Position numbers and translations under genes: made by a program. This document shows, one piece after another, positions 37,541 to 52,100 of a stretch of 64,000 nucleotides of DNA. This DNA comes from Camelus ferus (lineage: Eukaryota): contig NC_045707.1 in the NCBI RefSeq assembly GCF_009834535.1, forward strand, positions 57,786,001 to 57,850,000, written 5' to 3'. The notes under the pieces were generated by a model, which had not been told where the DNA came from, ran no database searches, and worked only from the letters and a program-made list of their open reading frames with translations. Position 1 is the first letter of the stretch, and each line of letters opens with the position of its first letter.

Positions 37541-38603
37541 AAGTATTTGATTTTCAGCTTTGTCCATTAGGTATAGGTAAGAATATGTGTTATAGTAAGT
37601 CTAAAATTCTTTGATTGGTCCAAATATTTAAGTATTATTACAAGTTAGTTATTCTTTAATACATTTTATATTTTTAAAAAAACCCTTTATACTCTCCAAC
37701 TTACATCACATTACTTAAATTTTACTGAATTGAGTGGATGCTTAACCCCAATCCCTTTTCAGTTTTTTGAAGAGATTGAGATATGTTAGTAAATTAGGCA
37801 AGGTAGTAAAGCAGCTGATCAAATAGTAACCAATGAGGAAATTGTAGCAGCAGACCCTCCTTTCAGTTAGAAAGAAAAATAGGCTAAAAAAGGTAGAAGA
37901 AAAGAGTACAACAAATTTCCAATTTGACTGTTTTCTGAGTTAGTTCAGCATTTCTCAGTGTCCCATGGAAAACCCTACTTCCTTGAGAACCAAGACATAC
38001 AAACCTAAGTTCTGTGTCAGTAAGTTTGGGAATCCCTTCAAACATATCCCTCTCTCGGAATGCCTCAAGAAATCCTCCAAAAATGAAATATGTCTGACTT
38101 AATTCATTCAAACCGCTCCAAAAGGTAGTTGGCCACAAATCCACTTCTTATCCCTACCCACCCCACACAGCCTGGAAAACAAATGCTAAGAAATTCTGCC
38201 TTCATTTATTCATTACCTCAAGTTGACAAAAATTACATCATTAGAAATGCAAATACATTTGAAAAGCATTTTGCTGTAAGAGGAAGAGCATGAGATTAGA
38301 ATTTGTGAATTTGAAAGTCACCCCTGCTGCTTACTGGTTATACAATGTTAGAGAAATCATTTAACCTTCCTGAGTCTCAATTTCTTTGCCTATTATATGG
38401 ACACAATATCTTTTACATTACAAGATTGTCACAAGAACTATGAGAAATTAAATGTGAAAGCAGTTTGTCAACTATGAATTACTGTACAAATACTGCACAA
38501 AACACTGTTACTTAAATAAATCTTCCTGAGGAATAAAATGTTTTAGTGAATAAATACACCAAAAAACATTTGTTTAGTTCTAAAACGCATCTATTTCACT
38601 TAC

Positions 38604-38723
38604 CTGTCCTAGTGCCCAACTATCTCCAAATACCTGGGCATTCCTTACTTCTAAGTTATTGGATGTGGTCATATCATTTGAAGTACATTTGTCAAAGTTT
38701 CCACATAATCCTGATAATTTGTT
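38604..38723 (-). CDS. OTOGL: OTOGL exon (120 nt, phase 0-0): [40 protein letters not shown]
   Basis: actttag|AACAAA...GGACAG|gtaagt; vWD GLCGNFD motif. Confidence 0.96.
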
Positions 38724-39020
38724 CTAAAGTGAAAGAAAATTACCATGAAATATTCTATATTCACTTCCACGCTTAAGGACTAGTATTCACTAAAATTTTC
38801 AAGAGATTTAAAATAGGTATTTTAAGAATTTCTACAATAACCACTTAAAATATGTCTCAAGAAGGTGGAATTTCATATCTATTTAATTATATTTAACAGC
38901 TATTTAGATTCTCAAAAATATTTTACCATCCCCTAAATTTTATCTGTCCACACTTACCAATGTCTTAGAATTGGCAACTAATAATATAAATAACTTGGAA
39001 AACTATAATATAAACACTAC

Positions 39021-39110
39021 AGTATATATATATTTGTGTATATATATGTATATATATGTGTGTGTCTATAGCCATATGTGTATATATAGTATGTATTTAT
39101 ACACATATAT
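39021..39110 (+). repeat. (TA)/(TG)-rich low-complexity tract
   Basis: Directly visible alternating purine-pyrimidine sequence. Confidence 0.8.
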
Positions 39111-39529
39111 TTTAATGATGAAAGAGCACCTCTTGATATGTTTAACACCGTTTTGTGACACTACAAATTTTGAAACAATAGAAATAATTTTTCTTTCTCT
39201 AGGTAATACTTTGAAAAGCCAAAACTTTCAAAACATAACTTTTAAAGAAAAAGTTAACTTTATATTCATATATCATGCCACCATGAGGCACAATAAATGA
39301 AAATTTACCTGATTTTTATAAAGTTTGTTGTGAGTTGTACAATGGTTACTACAAGTGCAATATGAATTATTCACGTCAACAATATTCACTGCATTTCCTC
39401 AAATAACGTGACAAACTTTACTGTTGGGAAGGAGACAGACTAAGAGTTCAGAGAAGAATGATCTTCCAGAAACAATGAAAACCCTCCTTAAAACTTTGAA
39501 ATTAAACAAGCTAAACTTTCTTTTCATGT

Positions 39530-39607
39530 ATATTTTTTACTGAAGTATAGTCAGTTATAATGTGTCAATTTCTGGTGTACAGCATAATGTTCCAGTCATA
39601 TATATAT
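39530..39607 (-). mobile_element. Short L1 3'-end fragment
   Basis: ttttttactgaagtatagtcagttataatgtgtcaatttctggtgtacagcataatg, typical of an artiodactyl L1 3' terminus in antisense. Confidence 0.7.
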
Positions 39608-40289
39608 GCTGCCCTTAGTTAACGGTAAAGTAGACTGCCTGTGTCTCCAGCAAAGCTGACAATAACCCTGACATTGCAAGTGCCACAGCCACTGCTTTCT
39701 ATGGTGCCTCTGCTCCAGAAGCTACAATATCTGTTCAAAGACAGTGGCCTCTTCAAAGACAGTTGGTCACCCCAAAATTTAAGGCAGCAGTAAAAGTAAG
39801 GGGAGATGTAGAAGAATAAATGGTCAATTTGTTTCCAAAAAGTAGGGAAGGGAGGATAAACAATGGAAAATGGCAGAAAATGTAGTTGAAGTTTTTTCAT
39901 CTTCATCAAAGAAATGCAAGATGCCAGCAAACACTGAGGAATAGACTTTTGGGCTTTATTTTGCTTAGGGTTGAAAGAAAATGACCAATATACAATCTTT
40001 TCTTAAATTTATAACATTAATTTTTTTAAAAAATATGTATATTTTCCATGGTTTTACCAGAATTTGTTATTATTCCCATTTTCTCTAAGTTGCCACAGAC
40101 TATATTCATGAGTCTCAATTTCAATTCCAGATACACCGGATTTTTAAAAATATTTCAATGTTTCAAAACCAACATCAACATATAAATTTAAAACATTTAG
40201 TAAAAATTTAAATATCTAAATAATAAAAATATTTTAAAATATTTATTACAATATTTAATAGTAAACAATAATTACAACAATTTAAAATA

Positions 40290-40990
40290 TAAATTACCAA
40301 AAACTGTAAACAACCCAGATTGAATCTTCAACCATTAATGTCTATAACAAATTAGTACCTCCATACGACAGAACACTACTCAGCAGTATACAGGTACAAA
40401 CAATGAATTCATTCAGCAATATGGATGTGTCTTGAATAAATTTGCCAAGTCAAAGAAGACAGACCCAAAAGGCTATATATTGCATGGTTTCATTTCTACT
40501 GTGTCCAGAAAAGGCAAAACTATACAGATGGGAAATAGATCAGTGGTTACCAAGGGTGAGGGGTTAGAAGTAGGAATTGACAAAAAAAAGGGGCAACACG
40601 GGAGAAATTTGGGAGTTGGTGGACCTATTCTACATAGAACTCTGGTGGTGGGTACACAATTCCATGCATTTGTTAAAATCTATAGAACTATAGACCATAA
40701 AAGTAAATTATTTTACATTTTAAAAGAATTTACTTATGAAAACTTAAAAAAAAATCCAGAATGTGAAGGAAAAGGTGGAATGCAAATTGTAATAAAATAA
40801 TTTAACTGTCAAATATATCACATAACCACGCTGCAGGGTGGGAGAGGGGGAAGAAGTTGACCTACGTAACTTTGGAAAACTGGATACTATAAGGCTGAAG
40901 TCAAAAAGAACCGCACACAACGCCGTACTCCAGTTGGTAACATTGCTCTTCTCTAAGGTATGGATTAGTAATTCTGAAATTATAACGTAC
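40290..40990 (+). mobile_element. LINE-1 3' region (L1MC-like)
   Basis: aaactgtaaacaacccaga..actactcagcag..cagaaaaggcaaaactata..aatagatcagtggttaccaaggg..catttgttaaaatctatagaact. Confidence 0.82.
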
Positions 40991-41099
40991 TTCTTAAAAA
41001 AAAACAGCAGTTGTTTTATTTCTGTAAAACATCAAAAAGTCAATGCAATTTCATTTTTTGCATCTCATTTGGGCTGACCTACCAAGTAGGTTGACTTAC

Positions 41100-41249
41100 C
41101 TTCCACCGTGGTCCAACTTTGATATGGATGGTTGTCTTCATATCCCAAAGAACAGTGATATCTTTCTCTGGAAAGTATACTACCATGTAGTATCCTGCTT
41201 TCCAAAGCTGGTACGTAGGTTTATTTTCCAGAAAAAAACCTGATCGTTT
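41100..41249 (-). CDS. OTOGL: OTOGL exon (150 nt, phase 0-0): KRSGFFLENKPTYQLWKAGYYMVVYFPEKDITVLWDMKTTIHIKVGPRWK
   Basis: ttttgaag|AAACGA...TGGAAG|gtaagt. Confidence 0.95.
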
Positions 41250-41633
41250 CTTCAAAAAAAAAATAATAATAAAGAAAGAAAAAAATGAATTGCCTGTTTT
41301 CTAACCAAAATGTGAATATTAAGTTAATATTCACCAATAAGTATTTTTGCTTGGCCCTGTCTTTCCTAAATTCTATAGTGAAAGACAAAACAAATGTATA
41401 AAATAGGAAAAAACATAAAGTTGGTAACAAGACATAAACTGGTAGATAAGCTCAACATGGATTAATGAGCAAAGGAAAAAGATATTTCAATTATAGAGAA
41501 GAGCACAAACAAGGGCAGGACACATTAGGGGAGATAACCTGCCGACTTAGCAATGCTGTACTGATGGTGAATAAATATGACTGAATACTAAAAATGGATG
41601 ACTTTACCTATGTAATTGAAAAACAAAAGCACA

Positions 41634-41706
41634 GTGTGTGTGTGTGTGTATGTGTGTGTGTGTGTGTCTGTATCTGTGTGTGTGTCTGTGTCTGTGTCTG
41701 TGTGTG
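41634..41706 (+). repeat. Compound (GT)n/(GTGTCT)n microsatellite
   Basis: Directly visible. Confidence 0.92.
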
Positions 41707-42744
41707 CAGAAAGAGAGAGGTGGAGGGGAGGAGATGAATTTTCATCAAAAGGACTTAGGAAGGCTTCTTGCAAGAAGTGGGACATATACTGCTGATTTTT
41801 AAGAGGCCATACATAGGAGGATATAGAGGGCTAAAAATGAGTGTGGGGGGGGAAATCATTCCTAGCGGAAGGAATCACTTGAACAGAGGCTTAGGGGCAA
41901 GAAAGTTTGAGATTTGTTCAGGACTAAGGAGAGCACCAAAGGGCTGGGGCATGGATTCCACGACAAGCAGACTGAGACCTTCTGCCATCAAGTTACCCAT
42001 CATAGTCAATGACTGTTATTCACATGCGAAACGTACTCAGTAAAGGTTTTTGAATAGGAAAGTGACAGACTATGTTTCTATTTTAAAAGAAGATAATGTA
42101 TGTGCTAGGAAGAATAATAGTAGGGAAAACTAAAGGTGGAACCCACTGGGAAAATTTAGAGTATCTTTAACCTAAAATGACACCATGTAATGTCTTTAGG
42201 AGCAAGGGCTCTACCCTGTTCTACCCCAGTTGAACCTGATGTTGAAATTAGCTCATATACCAACTTTGAAAATACATGCTTAAGTCAAAAGTAAGTAAAA
42301 CAAACATGACCAGAAGCAAAATAAAAATTGGGAAGGAGGTACAAAATCCTTTGGTTATTTTTCTCCCCCGAGTAATAACAAAAGGATAGTTTGGAAACAC
42401 CATACTATAGTGGACATTTTTATGAATCTTTCATAGGGCAAATTAAATAGTCAGTCATGTCCATAAGGAATTTTCAATCTCCAAGCTCAAGGTCATGCTT
42501 ACAAGTGCTCAGCGTATTATACAGGAGAGTATATATTGTTACGGGACTCTGCCTAAACTCATTTCCTCCCAGTCCCAAGTGCCAAGATGGAGTTATGGGG
42601 CAAGGCCCCTGGTACCTGCAAGGGTCTGCCCTCAACCTAGGAGTATCCTAGTGCCCGAGTGAGTGAGGCATTAAATAATAATAATAAAAAAAAACCACTG
42701 TGGTGGCTCAAGAGAGACTGCAAACCAAAGGAAAACAATGTTCC

Positions 42745-42812
42745 CTTTTTTGAACAAGGGGCTCCACGTTTTCATTTTTCGCTAGGTCCATAAAATGTGT
42801 AGCCTGCCAGGC
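42745..42812. mobile_element. MER45-like hAT terminal fragment
   Basis: tttttgaacaaggggctccacgttttcatttt..ggtccataaaatgtgtagcc resembles the recalled MER45 end. Confidence 0.55.
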
Positions 42813-45119
42813 CCCACATCACTGTCTGCCACAGGAACTACTTTTATTATTTTGATTACACTTCTCAGGACCTTTCTATTACCTGATTTGTCTTTGGCTT
42901 TATTATCTGTCTCCACCCTCCACGTGAATGTTAGCTCCTAGAAAGCTGCACTTTGTCAAGTTTACGGCAGTAACATCACCTTCTAGATAAAGGGTGACTC
43001 ACATATTTTTAACCCCTTCCTGCATTGCTCACGGGTCTCAGCTTCCAGCCTGAACAGCAATAATCAAAGAAGCAAAGTGAAATATTTGCGGCTTATGGCT
43101 CCTTTTCCATCCACGAAACACTTTTTTCATGTGTTTTCCTACTAAACTTCCCTCACACTGGTTGACATATCATTGCAACATAAAATAAATTTTTGGAGAA
43201 GGCAGCTTATTATTGGAATTCCTTCAGGTTGTTTTGGTATCAATTATTCTGATGTGAAAGAAAATCTATTTGCATGTAGAGCTAAATCCTTCATTTTTAT
43301 TAGACAGGGCAGTTTGCTACAAGAGAAACAATCCTCTTTGGTTCAAAGGAGATACTGTATCCCTCCCTTTCTTTTCAGATTACGAAGTAAAGATGCTTCT
43401 CCTTATAAGGGCAAGGTATTATGAATCGCCCAAAACAGAGACCCCCACCGCAGAGGAGAAATATAGCACTTTTAACAAACTCAGGTGATGTTAGATAAGT
43501 TATAAAACTGGAGAATTAAAACTTTTAAAATGCAGCGTAAACAAATTTATAAAATGTTTATATCCTACATATTTGATAAAATTAGAATTGTACATGTATT
43601 GAAAAAAAATAACAGATTTTATTTTCCTTTCCCCTGAATGAGCAATCTATCTGCCATAAAATAAATGGTATTTATTTTCACTTTTGATGCTCAAGAAAAA
43701 TTATTAGTTGGGGATTTTTCAGAGTCAAACTATTTTTATGATTTTTTTTTCTTCATCTTACTTCATACTTCACAACTGATATGAAGGAGATTTATCAACA
43801 CCTACATTCAGGTGAAAATTGGGAGATGAAAGTTACACCGAGCTGTCATTACCACTTCAAAATATGTGTCAAACAGTCTTCATAAGAGCATTTACTATTT
43901 TCTCTCCAAGTTTTCTCTTTTTTAACACATCCTTTTTCTTAGAGAGAACCTTCACTTATAAATGGATATCCAGCTGATGGCTACCCCAAACTACAGTGAT
44001 TACTTCAAAAAGATGTCAACGTGACTTGCAGAAACTCTATTTTGTTCAAAGCTTGAGTGCTGCCTGGTTGGTCTCAACACTTCTGAGACATGAGCTGTGA
44101 TCTATGGTGCTGATGCTCAAACCTTCATGTGCAGAAGAATTTGGGGTACCACGAAAATACTGACTGTCAACTTCAGCCATTCTAATTCCTGAGGTGGAGA
44201 AAAGGAACCAGCTCTTCAAGTAAATATTCTAGATGATTTTAATGCAGAAGTTTTGCAGATCAAACTGAGAGGTAGTATTCTAAAAACTCAAGGAGAGGCC
44301 ACTTATTAAAGGCCATCTGTTAGATCATGTTACTTAATTCCAAAATTTCTTCTTCACAAAATGCGTTCAGATATCTTACTCCATGGTCTGGAACCAGCCT
44401 CCTCCTTGTCTACTGTCCTTGTCCCCAAGCTTCCTGTGTTAAAGTCAATCTGGACACTCCTCCCTCCTCTATCCCCACATCATTCAACCAAACTCAACTG
44501 CTTGCAGGTCTCCAGCATGCCATTTTATCATCCAGCTCTGGTCCCTTTAACAGAACTGCTCATCTGTATTGACTGCCTTTCTGCTCTCTCTCCAAGTGGC
44601 TACTACCTACTTGTCTTTTCAGATTCAGTTCAAATCATTTCATCCAAAGCCTTTCTTCTAAGCCTTCAAAATAAGGAGGGTTAAGGAGAGGAGGAGAGCC
44701 ATTTCTTGAAATTTCATTGTTTCATCTAATCCTCATATGAGCTTAAGAAGTACATTCCATAATCATCCCAATATACAAATGGGAAAGCTGCAGCTTGGAG
44801 GGGTTAAGTAAAGTTGCCCAAAGTGACATGGTTAGCAAGTGGTAGAGCAGGGGTTCTAAGTGAGTACTAAATCTCTGCTCTTCACGACTACCCTGAGCAT
44901 CAAGGCTGGCTCGGGTCTTCTTCTTAGGGGTTCTCCTGACCTCCTACACACCCTCCTACCAGAGCACGTCACACTGCACAGCCTCACTGACCTGGGTGTG
45001 TCCTTCACCTGAGTATACGTTCCTTAAAGACAAGCACAGCATTTTTTCCACTGTTGTAGACCCAATAGCCAACACATATTTTGGTACAAAGTAGATATTA
45101 TAAATAAATGAATGAATCA

Positions 45120-45725
45120 TTGAATGAGTAAAGGAAATGTATTCATTCGTTCAAACTGGGCAGGCTCCAAGGATACCAGAACGAACAAAGACAACAGTGG
45201 TCTTGATTCTCACAGAACTCATAGGCAGATGGAGAAGACAGACAACCACATAAGCAATGTCACCAAAGTATGATGCATATCCCGTCAGAAAGGTTGAGGG
45301 TATGAGGAAGAGCTCCCTCAAGGAGTTAAGATAAGACTTGTAGGAATACGTGGAGCAGGCAGTCATGAAGAACTAAAGGTGAGAGAAATAACAGCATTTA
45401 AAGAACCAATACCATCTCCAGCTTCTGGAATGTGGGCTTAGGGGAGAAAGTAATGAGACGTGTGGCAGGAGGGGTGGCAATGGCCAGACTGGTGAGGTCT
45501 TGGAAGGCCAATGAGCAGACACTTGAGAGTTTTGAAGCACTACAGTGACAGGAGACTAGATCTCCATTTTAGAAAGACCACCGTTGCTTTGGTGCAGCAG
45601 GTTGGATCAGAGGGGAGAAACTAAGACTGGAAGCCAGGAGTCTAGTGTGGAGGATGTGGAAGTACTCCAGGTAACAGGTGACAGTGGCTACGGACAGAAT
45701 GACGACCATGGGAATGAAGAAAAGG
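45120..45725. mobile_element. L2 LINE fragment
   Basis: attcattcgttcaa..gaacaaagaca..ccattttagaaagaccacc..gtactccaggtaacaggtgacagtggc. Confidence 0.6.
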
Positions 45726-45928
45726 GGAGAGAATTGTCATGTGGAGAAGTGAAATGCAAACAAAAGAGACAAGTGAAGTATGATTTACTGAAGCCACATA
45801 AAATGACAAAGAAAAAAAATCTAAATCTAGTAACCACTTATAGAGAAAAGTAGCCCAAATTGCTTCTATTTTATTTTCAGTATTCTCAGGACAAGTTAAA
45901 ATGATTTTAAAAGAACCAATTCACTAAC

Positions 45929-46063
45929 CTGTTTGTAAGGAGTATCATTCAGATAAATTTCAGTGTCCCCAACTGAAATCAAAACACTTTTAGAGCAAAC
46001 AATACCATTGTCAAAGCATTTCTTGTTCTGAGCAATGACAGATACATCTGAATCATCTGGACT
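45929..46063 (-). CDS. OTOGL: OTOGL exon (135 nt, phase 0-0): SPDDSDVSVIAQNKKCFDNGIVCSKSVLISVGDTEIYLNDTPYKQ
   Basis: atttcag|AGTCCA...AAACAG|gttagt. Confidence 0.95.
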
Positions 46064-49000
46064 CTGAAATGTCAAAAATATTATGTTAATACAAATATAT
46101 GCTATATATATATATACTATTTTTTGTTAACAAATCTTAAAGAAGGCCAAGATTTACAATGAATTGTGTTGAAATTGAAATACAACTTACCTCTAAAATA
46201 AAAATCATTTTGATCTAATAATGTGAAGAATTTAGTAAAAATATACCAAGATAACTCCATCCTTAAACATTTATCTATAGTATCTTCTGTTAAAATGTTC
46301 CAACAAAGCTTTTTTTCCATTTTATAATGGTAGCTCGAATTTATCAACCAGTTTCTTTCCATCAAATACCCAACAAGACAGGTCACTTAGGGGAATTTTA
46401 AAAGAAATATTTGCATTTTAGACAACATCTTTCATTTTATTTTAAATCATTTTCCAGCTAAATAATTATCTGCCTCAAGATAAAACTGAAATAAATTAAA
46501 AACTTCGGTACCATGTTAGTAAATAATATAATGCATATCATTTGAGGGTTTCTTTTGAACTTTACCTACATTGTCTCATTTAATTCTTATGATAATTCTT
46601 GAATTATGTATTATCTCCATTTTACAGATCAAAAAACAGAGGTTAAGAAGGATTAAATGATTGTCCAAGGTCATTTAGCTAAATAAGGGCAGAGACAGAG
46701 TTCAAAACCCTTTTTTTTAATGCCATTTGTAGAGAAATTAGGAAGGGTCTAGTGATGGTTGAGGAGAAAAATCAATTGTAGGTTATAGGAAATCCTTAGT
46801 TTCAGAGAATATTATTTAGTCCCACACTCTAATTGGAGCCTGCTCACCTGTCACCTCAACCTCACCTTCCTTCAGCCACCCCCTCTCCATCCGCTAAGAA
46901 CTCGCTCTTGAGTCAGGGTTTCTCATTTGTATCCCAGTTTTATAGATAGGTTTCAATACTTCTATAGACCCTGGAAGTTCACTGTAAAATGTTGTTTTTG
47001 AGTATCTGCATTTTTCTTGGAAGAAAGTCCATGGTTTTCATCAAAGTCTTGAAGTGGCTCTTATCCCCCACAAAAGTTAAAGCCACACTGCTCTACGAGT
47101 CCTCCACTAACTTATGGAAGGTGGGAGTTTCATCAGAAGGAAAGTGACAACTCTCTTCGGACTCAAATTGCAGTTTTCAAAGGCTCATACACATTTCCTG
47201 AATTCTTTTTATTTTTTACACATGTGGGTCAGTGTTTATTTTCAAAGTGAGAAAAGCCTTTAAAATGTTTGGAAATCAAATAGGTCTTGATGTAAATTCT
47301 CCATACTTAGTTTTTTATATCACCAACAATATGAACACTAGCTCAATATATATTTCTTGCTTTGGCCAAATTCTTCCTGTCTTATTAGTAATTACTATAG
47401 CACAGTGCCTAGAGGATGGGTTTTCAGTGAATGCTGTTGACAGAGTAATTAATGTGTCCCTCTGTGACCCAATTTTCCTTACGTCACAGGAACCGAGAGC
47501 TTTTGCTTCTTATTAAACAATTCTTGTGCAAAGCATTGCCTAAATTTTGAAAAGGAGAATAATAAGGGTCATTAAGATGATTATGGCATTGTACTACTCA
47601 AAAAAATAATGCCACACTTTCCTGCCTTTATGAACAATTTTCAAAGAAGAAAAAAACACATAATTCAGGGTTCTGTTTTGGTCTTCCTCTTGGAAGAGTT
47701 ATTTAGATTTAGGGATGTAAAAAGCTGGCTGAAAGCATTTCTATTGCCATTACATTTATATTACTATTAATTAAAGTGCCTCAATGTTAGCTTTATTCTT
47801 TATATTAACTCAGAAATGCCAAGACATATTCTATATTGTATGGCCTGCCTGGTAATATCATGTTATGCTGACAGCAACTTGAAACAATATCAATTCCTAA
47901 GAGTCGGGTTTCTCCAATTTCCATTTCTAATGTATTTCAATTTAATATCAGGTTTGGAGATAATGCTACAGAGTTGCTAAGCAACACAGTAACTAATGAT
48001 TACAAAGCTAAAGGAAAAAGGTCAACGGCCATGTGCCACATGGATTCTTCAAACCCTTTAAGCCCAAGTACTGAAAACACTGATACAGAATATTCTCTCT
48101 CCCAAGTGATTCCAAAACATGAAATGTCAGCAGCTCTCAAGGAAGTGTGTTATTTTACTCAATATATCAGTCTATGACTTGTCATGGCCCCAGCCCCTTG
48201 CAGGGGTAACTACCCCACAGAAAGTCCCTGCTACAGTAGCCTCTGGCAGCCATGGTTTATGTTCCACAGCTGAATGGACCCAAAGCAGTACATTCTTTGA
48301 AAGCCAAGGGACTTGAATGCAGATTGGGGGGGGGGGGGGGGAGACAACTCTAGCCAATTAGATTATCTCTCACATTTGAACCAGAAAATATTGGTTAAAA
48401 AAAAAAGTTTTAAGATCTGAAGGTAAATAGACATAGGGAGGATAGAAGGTTGAGTGGGGGCCACAAAGGCGAGAGTAAGCTTAAAGTATGAGGAAGCAAA
48501 GAATGACTGAACTGAAGCAAAAACAGAGAAAAGATACAGAACACAGAGTTCCAAAACAAGCCTGAGTAAGCGGAGAATAGAGCATTCAGACAGAGATCGC
48601 TCCAGCTGCATGAAGGACATCAGAACATCCATGAACTCCTGCTGCCTGGGAGACAAAGCCACTTTTCGGTTGTCACCTTTGTGACATCTTTGTCCTGTCC
48701 CAGGATTTCTTTGGGATATTTATTTCCTTTATGGTTTTGCAAGCAAAATTTTACAGCATCCCCTACTGTTGGTTCCCTGAAATAGCCAGCACTTGGCAGA
48801 ATGTCACTGAGAAGGAAGACCACCCTGAGGTGCTTCACTGACAAGTTCTTCTACTTGAAAATACACTGGTAAAGAAGTTAGTTATAATGGGGTGAAATAC
48901 TCCAGGACCAATGCCTCCCTTCCATGAAACATGTCTGTTTACTTCTTCTCTAGTCAAAATCAGTTACATTCCCACAAGAGAGCTTTCATAAAGCTTCTTA

Positions 49001-49126
49001 TTTATTAACAACTCCCCTAGATATAAAAAAATTGAGGGCACAGCTAATATCTTAATATCAGTATGTTTAACAGCTCCCAACATAGAGGCATAGAGTGTAG
49101 ACTTAAATATGAGAAAAAGAAGGAAT

Positions 49127-49128
49127 GA

Positions 49129-49188
<60 letters not shown>

Positions 49189-49190
49189 AA
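49127..49190 (+). repeat. (GAAA)16 perfect tetranucleotide microsatellite
   Basis: 64 bp of uninterrupted GAAA. Confidence 0.96.
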
Positions 49191-52100
49191 ACACTGGAAA
49201 ACCTATATTAATGTTCTATTGAAATGTTTTAGAAAATTTTAATACATGGAGTCTATTACCAATGTAGGTAAACTATTACAATGCAAATTACATACTGAAC
49301 CTTAATATCTAAGATTAATAAGGGAGATGAATCTTATGGAAAAATATAACAAATATCTTGCCTAATTTTTCCAACAAGGATACAATGTTTAAGGGTTAGC
49401 TTACATGGATAAAGTAGAAAATTAAACACTAATTTATTGAAAGAACATTAAAGAATTAATTCAATAAACTCCATGATTTTCATTTTCCTATTGAAATAAA
49501 TTTTAAAAATATGCCAGAGCTTTCTACAAAGTTTTGCTCACAGAATTTTAAAAATTAAATAAAATTAATATAAGTTTTATTTCCATTTTAACTTTGACAA
49601 TGTTAATGTATCAGAATTGGAGGTCAATTTTCTTTAGGTTTTATTATATAGTTTAACTTAATTTTAAATATTTCTGATTTTCCTGATATGTAAATGTTTC
49701 TAAAACTATAAAGAACTGATTTGGGGTGAACATTTCCACCATAAGTAGACAAAATATATTATTCTAAATATCAATAAAGGTCCAAGTTGTTGTCTTTCTG
49801 TGTTTCACTCCTTGGTCTTCAGGATGTTTGTCATACAAAAAATGGAAGTAAAAACTGCACCCAGAAGACAAACCACATTAAGAATCTCATTTTAGGGAAT
49901 AAAGGATTATTGGCTCAAAGATAGTTAATACATGTAAATGATTCCTATTTGGAAAAAAAATTTAATCGGCTGCCCATCCCTTGAGTCTAAAACTTTAAGG
50001 TACTTTTAAAGTAGTTTTTCTTCAATGGGACTAAGCTAGAAAAAAAAGATGTACAGGCAATCAGAGTTGCTAAACAGGAAGTTAGTCAAAAATATGAAAA
50101 GTTTTTTTTAAGGAGGAATGATTTTTTTCAGTCACCTTTAGGATGACCAAAGGAAGGTAAGGTAAATGAAAGGTAGTATACGTACCATTTTTCAAAAGAA
50201 ATACTTATATCTCAACTTAGGCTTCAATTTGTTCCTTAATTCTGCCATTTCTTTTTTCATTCACTTATATTCCCTTAACATACACTCAAATTCTTATTTA
50301 ATTAATTCTATCATCTGTTTCACAACTTCTAGAAGGCAGAAAATATTTTCATTCCAGTGGGAATAAATTTTATTCAGAGTGAAACTTTTATCTAATTTTT
50401 ACAGTTTAGTTCTTTCTTCCCCTGTTTATTTACTTTTTATTTTGCTGAAATGCCACACCACTGTATGATTACCATGCCACTTAGCTTGCATTTTACTTAT
50501 TTGACAGAGATAGCTCTATCTAGTTCTATCTAGAGCTTTATCTTTGCCTAAAATGATTTCCCTTAACTTCCTTTCCTCTCTGTTTTCATTTCCTGTGGAT
50601 AGATAGATGAACAGATGGATGGATAAATAAATACACACACATACAAACATACACACAAACAGGGTCTATCCTTCAAGGTATTATGAGATCATGAGTGACT
50701 AAGAGGAGACATTCATGAAAATATGGAACTTGTGAGACCCAATGCTTTAAGAAATTCTTGGAGAAAGAAGCCACCGGAGGAGACTAAGGACTGATCAGAG
50801 ACAAAGACCAGCAAAAACAGCAGAATTACCTCAGAGAAGACAAAGCAAGAACTACTTCCAAAAAAAAAAAAGAGTAACAGTAAGAAGTTTTAATTGGATT
50901 TTGTATAGGTCACCACTGACTTTTACAGTTGCAATTTTATATGAACTTTGTGATAGGTGATTAATCACTCTCCCTCACCAGCCTAAATGTCAGAGGCAAG
51001 ACCCACATCTATGTTTGCACATCACTATGCCTCCACCTCTCAGGACAGGGCTGGACACAGATAAATCACACAAGAAATATTGATGTGAAAAATGATGCAG
51101 GGCATAGAAATTTGAGAGCAATGAAATTAGAAGGCTTTCAAAGACTTAAGGAGAATAAAGAACATTTGAGATAGCATTAAACAGAATGTTGAAAAACCTA
51201 ATCTAGAACAAATTACAGGAGGAAATCGAGCAGTGACTGGGGTTTCTCATAGATAACGGAAGTAGAATTTGGCTCTGAAACCTGGGATTTGGAATATTAA
51301 AATTTCCCATTTTTGCTTAAAACATCAAGTGTTTTCTCTTTCTTTGAGTTTATAGCACAGGTTAAGGTCCTGTTTGGTTTCTCAACTCTTTTCACTCTTA
51401 AAAAAGTCTTACCTCTGGAAATACAATTATGAACTTTGTCCTAGATTTGCTTCAACATACTTAAAAAATAATGTGTTGTATTCCATGTGCTATTTACATT
51501 ACAGCATAAACAGCCTCCAAAATGAATGAAGTATCAGAGAACCTGAATTTTTTAAGTTTGACAAACATCAACAAAGACGGGGGAGTGTTCACTAAAACTA
51601 AGCTACATTTAAAACTCCACAATCCAAAGATTAAAAACAAAAGAAAACCTTTAATATCTCTTCAAAGGTCAGAGTCAACTAACATTATACTCTTAAGATA
51701 AAACTGAGTAAGTATCAATTTTTAGAAGTCCAACTGGCCAATAAAAGGGAAGTTCTTATTAATTGGATTGCTAGATCCTTCACAGGGCCCAAAGAAATAA
51801 ATGGTAAGTTTCACCAGATAAAAGTATGTTTACAAATGACAAAAATAAAGCCTGGAATTTGTAATCAAAACAAAGAGGAAAGAGAGCTGCTTGACAAAGA
51901 AGAAAGAATTAGATTTGCTCTTCACAGAAGTGATTCCTACCTCTGAAAAAGTAGCAAGTAAATGAACCATGCTGGCAAGTCATCCTACCATTCCCAAAGG
52001 AAATGCTGTTTCTTCCCCTCCTCAAAAAAGGGGGGGGGGGTTGCCATGAAAAAGAGAAGCAGATGGAGTAAGCAAAAAAAAAAAAAAAAAAACCTGAAAA

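Noticed and set aside
40432..41077. Plus-strand ORFs of 122 and 79 aa
   Set aside because: They fall within a decayed L1 3' region and are not intact L1 proteins.
48326..48341. G16 homopolymer (also a G11 run at 52030-52040)
   Set aside because: Isolated homopolymers with no supporting context; their lengths are prone to sequencing error.
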